NCBI GenBank assembly: GCA_000165425.1
Contig: CT868067.1
Coordinates: 62,001 to 126,000 of the forward strand
DNA from: Paramecium tetraurelia
Taxonomy: Eukaryota
Length of the DNA stretch: 64,000 nucleotides
Direction of reading: 5' to 3'
Each line of letters starts with the position of its first letter. Within the stretch, counting starts at the first letter, position 1. A model generated the notes under the pieces. The model ran no database searches. It was not told the DNA's origin and saw only the letters and a program-made list of their open reading frames with translations. The position numbers and the translations under genes were made by a program. Below are positions 1 to 14,457 of the stretch, in pieces.

Positions 1-1024
1 GGAAAGAAATATGGATTAGTTAATAGTCTAGTAGAAATTCTTCAATATTCTTTAAGCAATTATTTCCGAAACCAATATATGGAATTTTGAAGGATCCCAT
101 TCATACTTTACAATTAGGAGACGAGATATTCTAAAGATTAAGACTAAACACGAAAACAGGATTAATTGTGGGAAATAGCGATGATTAATGTGTGATATTG
201 AAAGTTTAAGATAACAAGATCTCAATAGTAACTAAGTTTTAGACTGACAGGGCAGCAATAGAACCTTGTTAGAATGACGGAGTCTTTAAATTATTAGGGG
301 GATACTTTGGCCACAGGAGGAGAAGACGGAATTTTGAAGGTTTGGAATAAGGATTATCAATTGAAATACACAGTGGATATGAAAGGGAAAATTTAATCAT
401 TAGATTATCATGTAGCAAATGGAATGGTATATCTGATTTTGACAATAGTTAATAGTGGCCACTGACAATGAAGAATGCAAGATATTAAAGGATAGCCACG
501 TGTTGCATAAATTAGATATTTCATCAAACAATATCCATAAATTACAGTTTCAATCAGCTCTCTTCTCATTAGATGGCACTACTATATTCACATTCAAGAA
601 TCCAATGAGAGGAGCTTCTTATATGACAAGTTGGAGAATCGAAAATGACAACATTAAACCATTAAAAACAATAAAGATTCATGGACATCCAGTAGTCAGT
701 ACTTGTTAATCAAAGGAAGGCATATTCATTGGTATTGGATGTTCTGATGGAACTGTAAAAATAATAAATGCAAGGTACAATTGATGTGTATATTCATTTA
801 GAAAATTGGATATTGAATCTAGTAAGTAGGCTCATGAACTTCCCTGTACAGCATTATGCTTTACTCCAGATTCCAGATTCATTATTTCAGGATCGGTGGA
901 TGCCAAATATCATTTTCTCTAAAATACTAGACCTTAAGGAATGTTTTCTTTACTATCAAAATTCTGGCTATTAGGTATGTTGTTAGCATACTTAATTATT
1001 GTAATAAAGGATTTATTTGAATGA
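1..1024 (+). CDS. SEC12/PREB-like WD40 protein with C-terminal transmembrane anchor (5' truncated by window)
   Basis: Code 6 translation gives WD repeats (LATGGEDGILKVW; IGIGCSDGTVKI; FTPDSRFIISGSVD) and a hydrophobic tail FWLLGMLLAYLIIVI. TGA at 1022-1024. Short introns, e.g. 31-56. Confidence 0.75.
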
Positions 1025-1081
1025 GAGTTATCAAGTATAATTTAATAGTTGTTTATTATAATTACATTAAATTATTTTAAA

Positions 1082-1796
1082 ATGCATAACAGAAACAAAA
1101 CTAGCAAATCATAAATGCAACCCTTAATCTAATTGTCTATTGATCTAGGAAATAGTAAATGCGATAGGATTGTCCTTTATAAAGAGACTGATCCCTATTT
1201 AGAAGCTAGATAATTCGTCCAAAGAAATCATCTGCCCTAATAAATGGTTAAAGTAATATCGAATTGCATTATTAAACAAATGAAAGCCTATGAAGATATG
1301 ATGATGATAACGTATGTAATTTAATCAACAAATAAAGGACACTCAAACAGAAACTAATTATCTGAGAAACTTAAAATCTAATCATATTGAATTATAAGCC
1401 AAACAAAAAACTCCAAGTCCACAAAGATTTCATCCAAGCCCCAAAATAATACATAAACAGAATCTATCCAGAAGTCCATCCAATATATCTTTGTAAGATG
1501 AACTACCTACTGATAAAGTAGTAGTGAAGAAACTATTCTAAGTTTTAGATTCTGATTAAGATGGATTGATCTCTGCTAATAAAGTGAATTATTAGAAATT
1601 ACCCATCTAGTTAAAAAATAGAGTAAATTTCATTAGTCTAATCTAGATTTCCATTCATTTGGAACAATCATCTATACCATTTGAATTTGAAGAATTGTAT
1701 GATAAATTGAAGAATGATCCATAAGAAGAATATTTTATTACTTTAAAACTGATAAGCTAAATTTTAGACATTCCAAAGGTCAAAGTATTAATGTGA
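1082..1796 (+). CDS. Hypothetical protein with one EF-hand-like motif
   Basis: ATG 1082; motif KKLFQVLDSDQDGLISANKV; TGA 1794-1796; introns inferred. Confidence 0.6.
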
Positions 1797-2512
1797 ATAA
1801 TTTTGAATCATATAAATAATAAATCATTAAACATGGTTGTAAATTTCACTACATTTTTATTTTTGTTAAATTTATTTGGTTCTATTATTACTTGGATATA
1901 CCTTATTAAGTTAAACTAACGAAATTTCGAAGTTAACACAATCTTATTGTTGATAAATATGAATATTATCAATTTAACACTTTATAGTCAAATTCTAATA
2001 AATTAATTATGATTTTGATGATTTAAAGGGAGTCAGGGTATGTTAATACTTTCATAAAAGGTACAAGATGTGTTTAAATTGCTAATAAAATTTTATCAAA
2101 TATTATGCAAATTTATTTATTTCTGTATTCTGCTAAAATTGAAATATTTAAAAATTATGAATCTCTTTTGAATGTTTAGTAATCCACTATTTGATATTCA
2201 TAATTGATCATTTATAATGAATTTCTAGAATATATTATGATATGGATACTCTGTGGGATTCTAAATGAATAATATTAATTTTTGATTTTTTTGTACATCC
2301 AAATTTATATTAAAACTTTAACGTAGATGTTACTATTTTTGGATCAAAAGAATTTTATTTTAAGTTTTGATTAATTTTCCATTTCTTTATGATGCTTCTA
2401 TGAAGAAATTTGTTTATTGATCGTTTTTAAAGATATAAAATCTTAAATTTCATTTAATCTCAAAATAAATGGGATATAGTATATAATACTTTGCGTAATT
2501 TCTATAAATAAT

Positions 2513-4205
2513 ATGCAAAACATTAATTACAAAGAGAGCAAATTTTAGTTTGAATGCTTTAGAAAACACCTCCTTAAGGATGCCAAGTATTATGGATATT
2601 TACTACCGAACCAATTGATTCTGACAACTGTATTATGTTTGGTTATCTCTAATAGGCTAAATAGTCATAGACGCCTAAATATAATTTGCCTTTACTACTA
2701 AACACTTTAATTCATTTTGTCACTAAATAGCCTTCAAACGAGATTGAATAGTTTGGTTTTTTATATAAAGAACATTTCAAATACTTTTATGCCAACCCAA
2801 ATATCATATTGTAACTTAAAGAACTTTTGGCTTGCAAAGTTATGTTTAAAGAAATTAGTGAGTTCTATCAACCAATAAGTATGTTGGGGAGAGGTGGTTC
2901 TTCAAAAGTATAGCATTGATTTACCCCTTAGGTGTATTAGGTGATGAAAAAAGGCTCTAAAGATTAATATGCTTCAAAGTGTGTCGATAAACGATACTTG
3001 ATAGAAGATGGAGGATTTGTAATTATTGAATCTAAACCTAGAACGGATTGTTTAATGAGATCCAGCTGATGCAAAAGATGAACCATCCTAAAATAATCCA
3101 CCTAGAGGAACTCTATGAAGGGGAAAACACATTTTATTTGATTTTGGAGTATTTATAAGGTTAGAGTTTACATGAGTCTTTCAATAAGAGACAAGTTTTA
3201 TTTGAGTAGGAATAGATATAAACGATAATGTTTGTAAAACAATTTTTTAGTCTTAGCAACTCTTGACAGCGGTTTAGTATATGCATTCTTTAGGAATCAT
3301 GCATAGAGATTTAAAACCTGAAAATATCATGTTTAAGAGTCAAAACGCCTATGATGAATTGAAAATTGTAGATTTTGGATTGGCAACATCAACCCAAGCT
3401 GAAACTTACCCTTTCCCTAAATGTGGGACTCCTGGTTATGTTGCTCCTGAAATTGCTAACCTCAAGGATTTGAATTATAAATACGATTTGATTTGCGATA
3501 TGTTTAGTATAGGCTGTATCTTCTATAAATTGTAAATAGATTTAATATTTTAGATTAACAGGAAAAGAGTTATTTCCAGGAACTGATTACTAAGAAATTT
3601 TAAAATTAAATAAAAAGTGTTCAATTAATTACGAACTACTTACTCTCTATAGAGCACCAAAGGAAGCTATTGAATTAATTGCCCAACTCCTAACTATTAA
3701 TCCAAAAGAAAGAATATCAGCTTAAGCTGCATTATAACACAATTATTTTTAACTTAAATTTTAAACCAAAAGAGGCAAATTTTAACAAAATAACAATAAA
3801 TACACTCCTGTGTTTTAAACTCAAAATTTTAATCCTAAGGATAATATTTAAAAATAAAACTTTCACATTGAAGATGATGTTGTTGAAGATGAAAATGCTC
3901 ATTCTGTTAAAGTACCTGTTATGCAAAAAATGAAAACCTTTGACCAATTTGTGTGTAAAATAAAACCGTAAGTTACACCTACTTTGGCTCGAAGAAACTT
4001 CAAAAAATTCTAAACTTCAGATTTTAACTCGGCATTATCCCCAAACTCACCTAATCCATTATAAATGGAAAATAAACCATCCTTAATTATCAATTCCTCA
4101 AATTAAGATTTGGTTAATGAAATTCACACAAAAAATGAGCATCAAATCAATTAAATGGGCTAGATAGATGAAGAATAAGAAGAATAATTCTAATAAAATA
4201 TATGA
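2513..4205 (+). CDS. CaMK-like Ser/Thr kinase with N-terminal PH-like region
   Basis: GRGGSSKV, YASK, HRDLKPEN, DFG, KCGTPGYVAPE; several ~25-nt introns; TGA 4203-4205. Confidence 0.9.
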
Positions 4206-4520
4206 TGATTTTATTTATTCATATTTTTTATTATTTCCTTTTATTGAATCATTTTAGGTTAATATCCTAATACTAAAGAAACTTTATTTTATAATGAAAA
4301 TAACGAATTTCTAATAGCTAAAATTAAATTTATAAAATTTTGTATTAGAAATTATAAAGCTTTCATTTAATAATTGAATTTAAATAGATATTTACTATTC
4401 TAATTTATTTAATCAACATTATGAACAACAGCCTGAATATATCTTCAATTTTCTAACATAATAATAAATTGATATAGATATTAAATTAATAATAGTTTAA
4501 TATAAATATATAACAGATCT

Positions 4521-5437
4521 TCATAACTCCTAACAATTCTAAACATATTCTCTTATTTATTGAAGATCATTAGTTTTTTGGAACCCTCCTGCATTTTCTT
4601 TTTATTTTTTGATATGTTATATAATCTGCTTTTACATGGATTGAAATTTCTTTCTTGCATTATTCTTTGGTGAGCCTAAAGGTGTAGTTTATTTTGATAA
4701 GATTCTCTCAGAATCCAATTTAAATTTCAAAGCAAAGACCTTATTCATCTCTTCAGGGGTTTATGAATCGATTAGTAACTCTTCAATATACCCTGTCTCT
4801 ACTCTAAATAGCCAACCATGAACCATAATAGCTATGATAATTAACATAAAATACGATTTCCTTTTTGCCAAGACTTTTGAATGATTGGATTCTTCCAAAT
4901 GTTCATCACTTAAGCTCTAACATTTAGTTAACTGAGACAATCTAATTTATCATTCTCATTCTCCAATGATTCAATAAGTTCTTGATTTTTCTCGTAGACT
5001 ATTTTTATTTAATTCAACCATAAATCAAGCAATCCGCCAACCGAGTCTTAAGCCATTGCAGCCTTGATTCCTCCACAACATGTGTGACCCATTACTATGA
5101 TACTATGAATATTTAAATGTTCAACTGCATACTAAATTACACAATTCAACTTAAAAATATAATTTATTTTTACATTTAAATCTGTAGGTATTACTAAATT
5201 GGCTATGTTCCTGTGGATGAATATTTCTCCTGGATCTGTTTCTGTTAATTCATTTGGTGGGGCTCTGGAATCCGAGCATCCAATAAGTAAATATTTTGGA
5301 GTTTATCCTGTTGACAATTTTTTGAAGTATTAATAATATATTGCCATTTTTTTTTCCACATATATATTGTTACCCTCTAAAACTCTGTTATATTAGCTAA
5401 ATTCTCTAATACTGTTGCTTACAATTTGTTAATTCAT
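4521..5437 (-). CDS. Beta-class carbonic anhydrase
   Basis: Zinc-ligand motifs IGCSDSRA and [31 protein letters not shown]. Confidence 0.95.
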
Positions 5438-6207
5438 TAAAATAATATCATTTCAAGAATACCACATCAATATATAAATTAATGGCTATTTACTTTATTT
5501 TATGGAATGTTTCTAGTTATTAAAAGCATTCAATAACATAGATATTATTTTAATTGAATTAAAAATATTTGATCATAATTGTCAAATTAAATTATAAATG
5601 GAATAACAGAAAATTTATTTATTATTTCAATAAAATGTTTCTCGCATTATTATTAGAGAATCATGATTGGGATTATATTTACTGATTTTATTCGATTAAA
5701 TTATAATTACACTACTTTTTTATATCCATAAAGGACTAAGAAAAAATGCAATATGTTTAATATTTATTGCTTGGAAAATTACATTAATCTTTTAATTCAA
5801 TTTTAATTAAACACTTTGAAATTTCTCTGATAGTAAAATAGATTATTAAAACTAAATATAAATTGATCAAACAAAGTAGAAAATACATAAAACGTATTAA
5901 GTAATTAATGATTTAGTAAAGGAAATGAGTATATTAACAAAAGTATTTGAATATTTATAGCTTAAGTACAAAAATATAGTAGAATTAATAACTTACATGA
6001 AGAAATTTTAACAATTATTCAAAAATCTTTTAGATAAGCATTAATTCTTAACTCAAAAATGATCAAGATAATGGAGAGTTCATTTAGATAAGAAAACCAT
6101 TTAAGATCGCTTCAATATCCTATTTCAAGGCAATGTTATTCTGATTTGTTGGGAAAAGTGATACATTCGATTTATAATATTTATTTGTGAATTATTTATA
6201 AAAATAA

Positions 6208-6954
6208 ATGACATCTACTTCTAAATAATTAGTATTTCCTCCAATTGGAAAACATATAGAAGATCTATAGAATCAATTAAAAGAGTCAGTTCAATAATAT
6301 AAATCAGATAGATATAACGAATATAAAGAAATTAAGAATAAGAAATTGAAAGAAATTAATGAGCAAAATAAGTACAAGATCTTTCATAGGAAAAGTAGAA
6401 TTCATATCATTAATTTAATAAGTTTTCAATTCTTAGAGTAAACAATTTGGAGGAATATTTGAGAAGGAGAGGGACATTTATTTATGCAAAGAACCCTTGT
6501 TGAATGATTATCTGAAATATCACATTATAGAGCCATAAAGAAATTTAGAAAAAGGGCTTATTGAGAGTAGATTAGCATTTTTTAATTAGTTAAAACCGGC
6601 ACAAAAGAATTTTGTGATGGCAGTTGTTTTGGAGAAGTTCCATTATAAAAATTAGGAGAAAAGGAAAGAAAATTAAGGGAATGCTGGTTGAAAGAGAGGG
6701 AAAGATAAGCAAAGCTGAAGTTTAAGGCATTAATCGATTCGCAAACAGGAGTATAAAAAAAATTAAATCAATCAAAAAGATTAAAAGAATTAAAAGTCTT
6801 TATTCCAAATAAATTCTCTCTCGATCTATTCGACGAACACCCATCATAAATATTAGCATTAACGTAATTGATAGAATAAAAGTATTAGTCAATTACATTA
6901 ACATTCAAAAACTATGAAATGGAAACCAAATAAGTTTTATGGAGAAGTATTTGA
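6208..6954 (+). CDS. Hypothetical protein
   Basis: ATG 6208 (MTSTSKQLVFPPIG). Frame is maintained through four canonical short introns. The 3' end is ambiguous (alternative TGA near 7030). Confidence 0.5.
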
Positions 6955-7064
6955 TAATAGTTTCTGCAAATTATCGGATGAAGACAAATCTATATTAAAG
7001 GATATTGAAAAAGCAGATTAGTAATAATGAAATAAAATTATTTCTTAATACAATCGATAAAATT

Positions 7065-8740
7065 TCAGTCTTTTTTTGCATATTTTAACAAAGGGTTATT
7101 TTAAGCTTATTTTGCAAATCTAGATGGTTTGATCTATGGTGATGGTTAATATTGATTGTTCTTCTTTTTAGGAGTTCCAATGGATTATGCACTATCTATG
7201 GAATCAACTTTTCCTTTTAATAATGGTGAATCATTTCCTACTGCCTAGGTAGAGTCAATTTATTTTTATTGTTGAACCTATTTTTACATGATGAGACCTG
7301 GAGATTGCGTTGGTGATTAAAGGGGAGAATTAATATTTCTAGTGGCATCAAATTCAGAATACCTAAATAATAATAATAATCAAAGCTTACTCATCGTTAA
7401 TTTTATTTATTTCATTGCCCTCATCAACCTCGTCTAAATGCTATTGATCTTCTTTTTCTGCATCAACCATTGCTTTAGTCATTTCAGATAGGAAGGGATG
7501 ATGCAAGCATTTTTCTGTATTTATTCTCTTATTTGGATCCTTCTCTAACATCTACTTTAATAAATCAACTGCCGGTGCAGGGACGATTTACAATGATTTA
7601 ATTTCAAAGTCAATATTAGCCTCCCTATTTTATTTGACTACGGTAGCATAACTTTTTCCATTGAAAGCAGGCTTACCTGTCAATAATAAATAAAAGACTA
7701 ATCCCAAACTATAGATATCGCAAATAGAGGAGTATTTAGCTTTCATATCCTTTAAATTAATGACTTCAGGTGCCACATAACCAGGAGTACCACATCTAGT
7801 GTATAGATAAACTGGTTCGTTTACATGGGTAGCCAAACCAAAATCAGCTATTACTACTGATTCCATTTTCCTAATATTATCAAATTTAAATTTACTTCTG
7901 GGTTTTGAATAGTATGTTTTCTAGCTTTAAGTCTCTATGCATTATTTCATTCTTATGCATTTCTTACAGGCCAATTAATATTCCTACCATTATTTATTGT
8001 ATTTATTTTGCATTGATAGGCACTTTATCTTTGATTAAATCATACAAGGAGCCTCCTTCTAACAATTCTAAGGCTACATATATGGAATTGGAAGTTTCGT
8101 AAACTTTCAAACAATCTCATCAGATGTTTGTTACGCAATTTTCTCATAATTGCTAATTCATTTAAAATTGCTTCTTTTCCGTTTTCTTCCGCATACGCTG
8201 CCTACTTTGCAAAGGCTTTGATTGCCATTTCTTCACCGTCCTCTATTCTTTCCGCCATATAGACCTTGATTAAAATGAATATTAATACTGAAGCAAAATT
8301 TCCTTTTCCGATTTTTTTGTATACTCGAAACATGTTATGAAATTGCCACTAATTGATTCTTGAACTCAAATATGATCTCCATTCAAGTATTAATTTAGCA
8401 GTGGCATTTAATTTATAGACAGAATTGATATCTCCATTATCTTTTATGAATTGAATTCCTATTATTGGTCCAAGTGAATCATCATCCTCATCTTTTTTCT
8501 AAACTGGTTATCTTAGAATCTCAAATTTAGTTTCAAACTCTAACTTAAGGCATTTTTTTGGCAATTAATCCTTCTAGTTATAATAACAGTATGAATAACC
8601 TTAACACAAACTACATAATGATCATATCCATAGAGTAATCTAGTTTTGCCATTATGTTTTGTAAATTCTCCTTAAATGATGAGATGTTCTTATTTTGGCT
8701 TAAATTCATTCGGAATTGGAATCCACAGTTTTTAATGCAT
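7065..8740 (-). CDS. CaMK-like Ser/Thr kinase with N-terminal PH-like region
   Basis: IGKGNFASV, MAIK, HRDLKLEN, ADFG, RCGTPGYVAPE; start 8740, stop 7065-7067. Confidence 0.92.
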
Positions 8741-9484
8741 GAAATTCAATAAATATTATTAAAAGTGAAAATGATTATTTATTCCATTAAATAGTTTGAA
8801 ATTAACTTATAGACTTTAAAAAAACAACAAAATATCATTATGTAATATTCAATTTTATAATGGGATTTTATTATTATATTATTTTAATATATAATTTTGA
8901 ATATAAATATTCTTAATATAACTTTTCTCTTTCATTAACAATACCAATCTAAATTTCATTTAGAACCTTTCTTGAATGAGAGTTATAACCTTCTCAAGAT
9001 AAAAGGATTGCGATTTTAACTTAATTAAATTTGATTAAATTATAACTATTAAAATACAACTTATTTTCTTTATATATTAAAAATTTTTTAATAATAATTA
9101 AAACTAATTAATATTTTTGGGTCCATATTAAACATTATTTAATCCAAAATTGCCATTAGGAGGGCAATTTTCAATAATATATATTAATATATGGAGTGAT
9201 TACACATTAATAATATGGGGTTTTCATTTTAAATACATTTCTACCAAATAATTATAGTCTGGAAGATATGAAACAAATGAACACTATACTTATAACTTTA
9301 TTTTATAATTGGTAGAAACTTATGCTTAAATCAAGATCAATAATTTAAATTTTCTTAATAAACCAGGAAATAGGAGGGTAAGAACATTAATTTGTATCTT
9401 ATTTTAACGCATTTAATTGAACTCTCATTCAGAGAAATATGTAAGAAGAACTATGATTTATTCAATATATAATCTTAATGTAAT

Positions 9485-12090
9485 TCATTTAATTTTCATA
9501 CTTACATTTCTAAAAAAATCAGATAATTTCTTATTTGATTTCTCATAAATGTCTGAAAAGTTTTGCGTTTATTTAACTTCTAATTTTACAGTAGGTTCAG
9601 TTTTCACAACTTAACTTTTTCTATTCTGTCTTATAATAATTCTATTAGTTGGTTATCTTAGGAGATTCTAAGAAAAACTCTGTGCTGGAATTGAAGGAAG
9701 TAATTTGAGCTGGATAGTTTGTTGACTTTGTTACTTAGTTGAATCAATACTTTGAAGAGTAAAGGTTCTCAAATGAGTTTAAGTGGAAATCTTTTCATTT
9801 TTTATTTTTCTACTCATCTAGTGTAAATGAGCAAAGATAGGTTCTTTAGGAAGTTGAGCTTTTTTATGCGGTATTTGAGATTCAACTGTGTTCAGGTATC
9901 TTCTTAGATTATTTGAAGTTGGAGTTAATAAAGTAGATTCTTTCGTCATTTGACTATTGAATTGTAGTTTTGATGGTTGAGTTGTTATATGAGTACTAAC
10001 AGTTGTGATACTTGATTTGAGTTTCATTTCTGGAGTTGTTGGGGCTTCTGATATTTCATCAAATTGGTGTTCGATTTGTTTTATTTTATTTTCCAAGACT
10101 TCCTTCTTCCATTCCTTGAACTTATACTCGTATGATGACATATGTTTATCAATGATCTCTTAAATGTGATACTTTTTAGCTAGGCTCTTAGCTTGAACAC
10201 TAGATTCCTTTACAGTTCTGCATTCAGTAATTATATCTTGAATAACTCTAAATAGATGTTGGGTAGACGATCTCAATTCACAATGGGCGATATCATAACC
10301 TTCAATTTATATTAGTTTGATCACTTCCGCTTCATTTAAGTTGGTGGCCTAATTTTTGACCAATAAAGCAAGATCTTAGAAGCTCAGAAATTATTATAAG
10401 AAAATATCTTAACTGATTAATTAAGAAACCTTTTATATTGATAATGGACTAAGTTGAGACAATATTTAATCAATCGTTTATTTCTATTGAGGCTATATAG
10501 TAGTTTTTTCACGTAAAGCCTTTTCCTCTATGTGATCATAGATGGCATTTAAAAATTGATTAGAATTTCTGATGCTTGGATCTTTAGCTATTAATTTGAT
10601 TTTATATTATTTTTCTAATTATTACATGACTTAAGACAATTAGATAAACATTTTATTATATGTCCATTTTAAGTAGAACCTAATAAGTATATATAATAAT
10701 TTACTCATGTCCAAACATATCAGAATTGCATGACTTCAAAATTTCTTTTATATTATACAAGGCATTTAGTATTCTAGAAAGAACAGTTGTAAGCATTGTA
10801 AAAATCCTAACAAAGAAATATTTGTTATTTGATAAATGCCTAATCTAAATATTTTTTAGGTATTGAGCCATTTCATGTTATGATTCATCTATCTATGGTG
10901 CTGCAGATTCAGGTTCATCTAACTCATAAAATTACAACTAATTCAAAAATAGTAGATGATTTATCAATTGTCCTTTTTATAGTAGTAAGTCTTCATATCT
11001 ATTTCTCAATGTTCCATCTTGAAATTGTAACTTCCGATACACTTATATCAATTAGTTTATTGAATAATTCAAATCATTATCATGAAACTTGAAGAAAATC
11101 TTTATTCTAGAGGAAACTCCGCTAAATCTTGCCCTGTCTATATATTCTTATAAAGATGAAGCCAATTATAACCTTGAAAATGGCTACCTTAGTTGCCAAC
11201 GAACATGTTGCAAAATCTCCTCCAATTCGAAATCATTTGGGTTCTCTAATACAAATATTAATCTTAATTTATCGATGTCATCAAACTCTTCTAATAACTC
11301 AGCACATTCTTCAATTTTATGAAATTTAGTTTTAATTTCTTCATCTATTTAATTGATGAGATCACTTGTCTATTCATATTTGAGCAATAATGACATTTCT
11401 TTATCCTCTTGTTCTAATAGTTCTTTTAACTGTTACTCTGTAATTACCGATTGTTTTTCTGTCTTGTATTTTAATTTTTCTATTTTTTAAGTCTACCATT
11501 CCTTTTCTAATTTCATTGCTTTTTTTATAGTTCCAATGTAATGGACAAAAAAAGCCAATTGCTGTTTGTTTTCAATCTCTTTTAAATGAATTTTTGGTTC
11601 ATTCTATGTGTATAGTTCAATTTACTCATTCATCAAATTATTCTGTTTTTCAATAATTCTCACAGAATGCTCAATCTAATCAATTCTCTTTTCTAACATC
11701 TACTTGCAATCCATTTCCTTATCAATATCATTTTGTAACTCCAATTCCGGAATCACAATAAACTATTCGTCCTTCATCATAAATTCCTCTTATATCTATG
11801 ATCTTTTTTTATTATTAATGTAGGCCAATTCAGCAAAGATTTTTTAATATCCCGCCACATCAACATTATCATTTTTCTATAAATTCTCCTGACTCATTTC
11901 ATATAACAGTTCTTATTTCCGTTGTTCTAGTTTTTGATCAACGATCTTCATTACTAATTTTTAGTACTTGAGTTTTTGGTTAAAGCAATCTTAATGCAGC
12001 CAATTGCTCCCTTAAAACATTGTCAATGCTCTCTTTATGCAAGAAGATGCTAGTTTTTGTTTTGGTTACTACTCTTCGGAATGAATTCAT
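9485..12090 (-). CDS. Large hypothetical coiled-coil-rich protein
   Basis: Long TGA-free frame in code 6, E/K/Q-rich. The start at 12090 requires a 22-nt intron near 11945-11966; an alternative ATG lies at 12020. Confidence 0.7.
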
Positions 12091-12812
12091 TTAATATTGA
12101 AGTTTCGTAAATTCAATAAATAAAAATAAATAAAGTATCTTAATTATATCAAAATAGAAATAGATGTCATCCTTTTTGATAAGTTATATCATTTCCAATT
12201 AGAGTAATTAACCAATCTCAGAAATCCTTTGTTATATACTCTAATATTTAATCAGTAAATACTCAAATACTTCGTTTAATCATCTGTTGGGATCAGAAAA
12301 GCTTAAAATCTAAAAAAACAATTTTATAATTAAACGACACTCAAACCATTTAGATCCAAATAATATTGATATCATTTAAGTTCTTCCATTTCTCAATGAA
12401 TTAAGGTATCACTAAAAAGTTTATAAAAATATAAATGAGTATTTTATATCATCATAATATGTTATTATTTCAAATCATAGATGTGCCTTGATTAGACCTG
12501 ACTACCAGAGTTAAATAGATCAGAAGGGTTTAAGATCAAATATCTTTCATATCTAAGTAAATGGATAGATCTATTATAGAGATATAAGTCATCTTATTAA
12601 GCAAAAGAGAGATATTCCCTAATAATATTGATCAAAACTTAAATGAGTTATGATATATTGTTTTCCATCATGATTTCAGTGTGGTTTTAATAAATATATA
12701 TGATTTTCAAATTTCTCGATTTTCTTTTTTATTGATAAATAAATTTACCATCCCAAATATTTGGGCTAAATTTTTTGTTCAAAAATTTATTAATAAAAAT
12801 ATTAGAGTATTA

Positions 12813-13845
12813 ATGACTGATAGCACAATAATATGTCCCTATTGTAAAAATAATGCTTACTTCGATCCAAGATCATCCTCAAGCTATTGCAAGTCAAATC
12901 TATGCAATGGCATTGTTATTGAATAAGGAAAGATTACCTATGAAAATGAGGTTAATTTGCATGAGGCTGATGAACCAGGAAAAAAGTAAACTAGGTTTGG
13001 AGGATATGAAAATAAAAGGGATGCTTTTAAAAATTAAATTTGTGAAATGCTAGGAAAAAGTGATTCTAAGCAGAGAAAACAATTTTATGAGAAATTTGAA
13101 GCTGGAGAACATCAAATTCAAAAATTGTCTAGCATTTTTATGATGAATGAAGCATTTACTAACGATGCCATCTCAAAATACAGGTCTTTGATGTTTGATA
13201 ATGCGAATGATGTAGAATAATTTGTTTTTAATATTTTTAGATTGCCAACAAAAGCTTTTTGGCCTTAGCTGCTTTGGCTTACAACCTAACTATTAAAGAA
13301 AGGAAGTCATAGCGTAATTATGATGAAAGATTGAATAAAATTACAATTGAACTTATAGTTAAATTTTGCTAAGTGACTCCTCAATAAATGGACTTAGTTA
13401 CTAAGGCTTTAAATATGAAAGTAAATAATTGTTTCTATGTCTTCTTAGAACTCAGGGGATCCAGGAAAATAAGACATCTGCTAAAAGATTGTTTAAAAAG
13501 TAAAAGAACACAAATTGCCATTTAATGAACACGAAAACATGGCAATTTATGATATCCCTCATAGACTTATGGATAATAGTATTATTAGAGGTGAGAAAAC
13601 TTCAACAATTGCATGGTAATTATTGTCCATTTATACCTAGCGTTGTTGAATACATGGTCTCATAACTATCTGGCAATCCTGAATTAAATAGGTTAACTCT
13701 AGATTAACTTGCTTAAATGAATGATGTAACAAAAGACACAGCTAAGAAATTATGGAATACTATCCTAGAAAATTAATGCTTGCAAAATCATATTACTAGA
13801 TGGTAAGGATAAAGATCAATTTCAGAGCTCAAACATATAACATGA
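12813..13845 (+). CDS. TFIIB-family transcription initiation factor (divergent)
   Basis: N-terminal Zn ribbon CPYC...CKSNLCNGIVIE. C-terminal cyclin-fold-like segment RGEKTSTIA..YMVSQLS..LTLDQLAQMNDVTKDTAKK resembles TFIIB repeat 2. Confidence 0.7.
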
Positions 13846-14457
13846 AATATAAAATAATATTTAAAATACATAATTATTATGAATTTCATACAAAATATCA
13901 CTGATAAATCTAAGCTAAATAACTTTCATGATTTATTATGGAAGATTTTTGGGTATATTTTTAGAGTCATTAATTGAAATTGCTTAAAATATTAAATAAA
14001 AACAATATTTTTATGCAGAGATTTTGTAATAATCATTCAAAAGTATGTTAATTTAGCCATCAATTTAAAACTACTTCAAGGAAATAATTTTTCTAACATC
14101 TTTAGAAAAAATCTATTTAACAGAAAAAACATAACAAAATTCTTATTAATAATGACTATTATAAATAAATTAATATCATCATTTTCTTATAACTTTTAAG
14201 CTCCTTCTTTATGAACTCATTAGATTATTGGATTACTTAATTAAGTTATGAAATTGATATAAATCAAGATTTTTCTCTCTACCTTAAAAAGTACTTAATA
14301 TATTAGATTTTTCTAACAAATCTCTGTCATTTTGATATAATAACTTAAGTTTCCTCAGTTTTAATGACTTTGTAACTATTTTCATAATTTCTTCAATACT
14401 TATTCATAAAATAAATTGATTTATTTATTTATTAATGTATATATAATTACTGTTCAA

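Noticed and set aside
2020..2080. KGSQG-like codons followed by an intron-like GTATG..AAAG, suggesting a kinase remnant
   Set aside because: No further kinase motifs or sustained frame could be found.
5590..6200. Coding-like AT-rich stretch
   Set aside because: The plus-strand frames I read are interrupted by TGA and no consistent intron model emerged.
14178..14385. ~68-codon minus-strand ORF downstream of RPL7
   Set aside because: Short, no motif, and expected by chance when only TGA is a stop.
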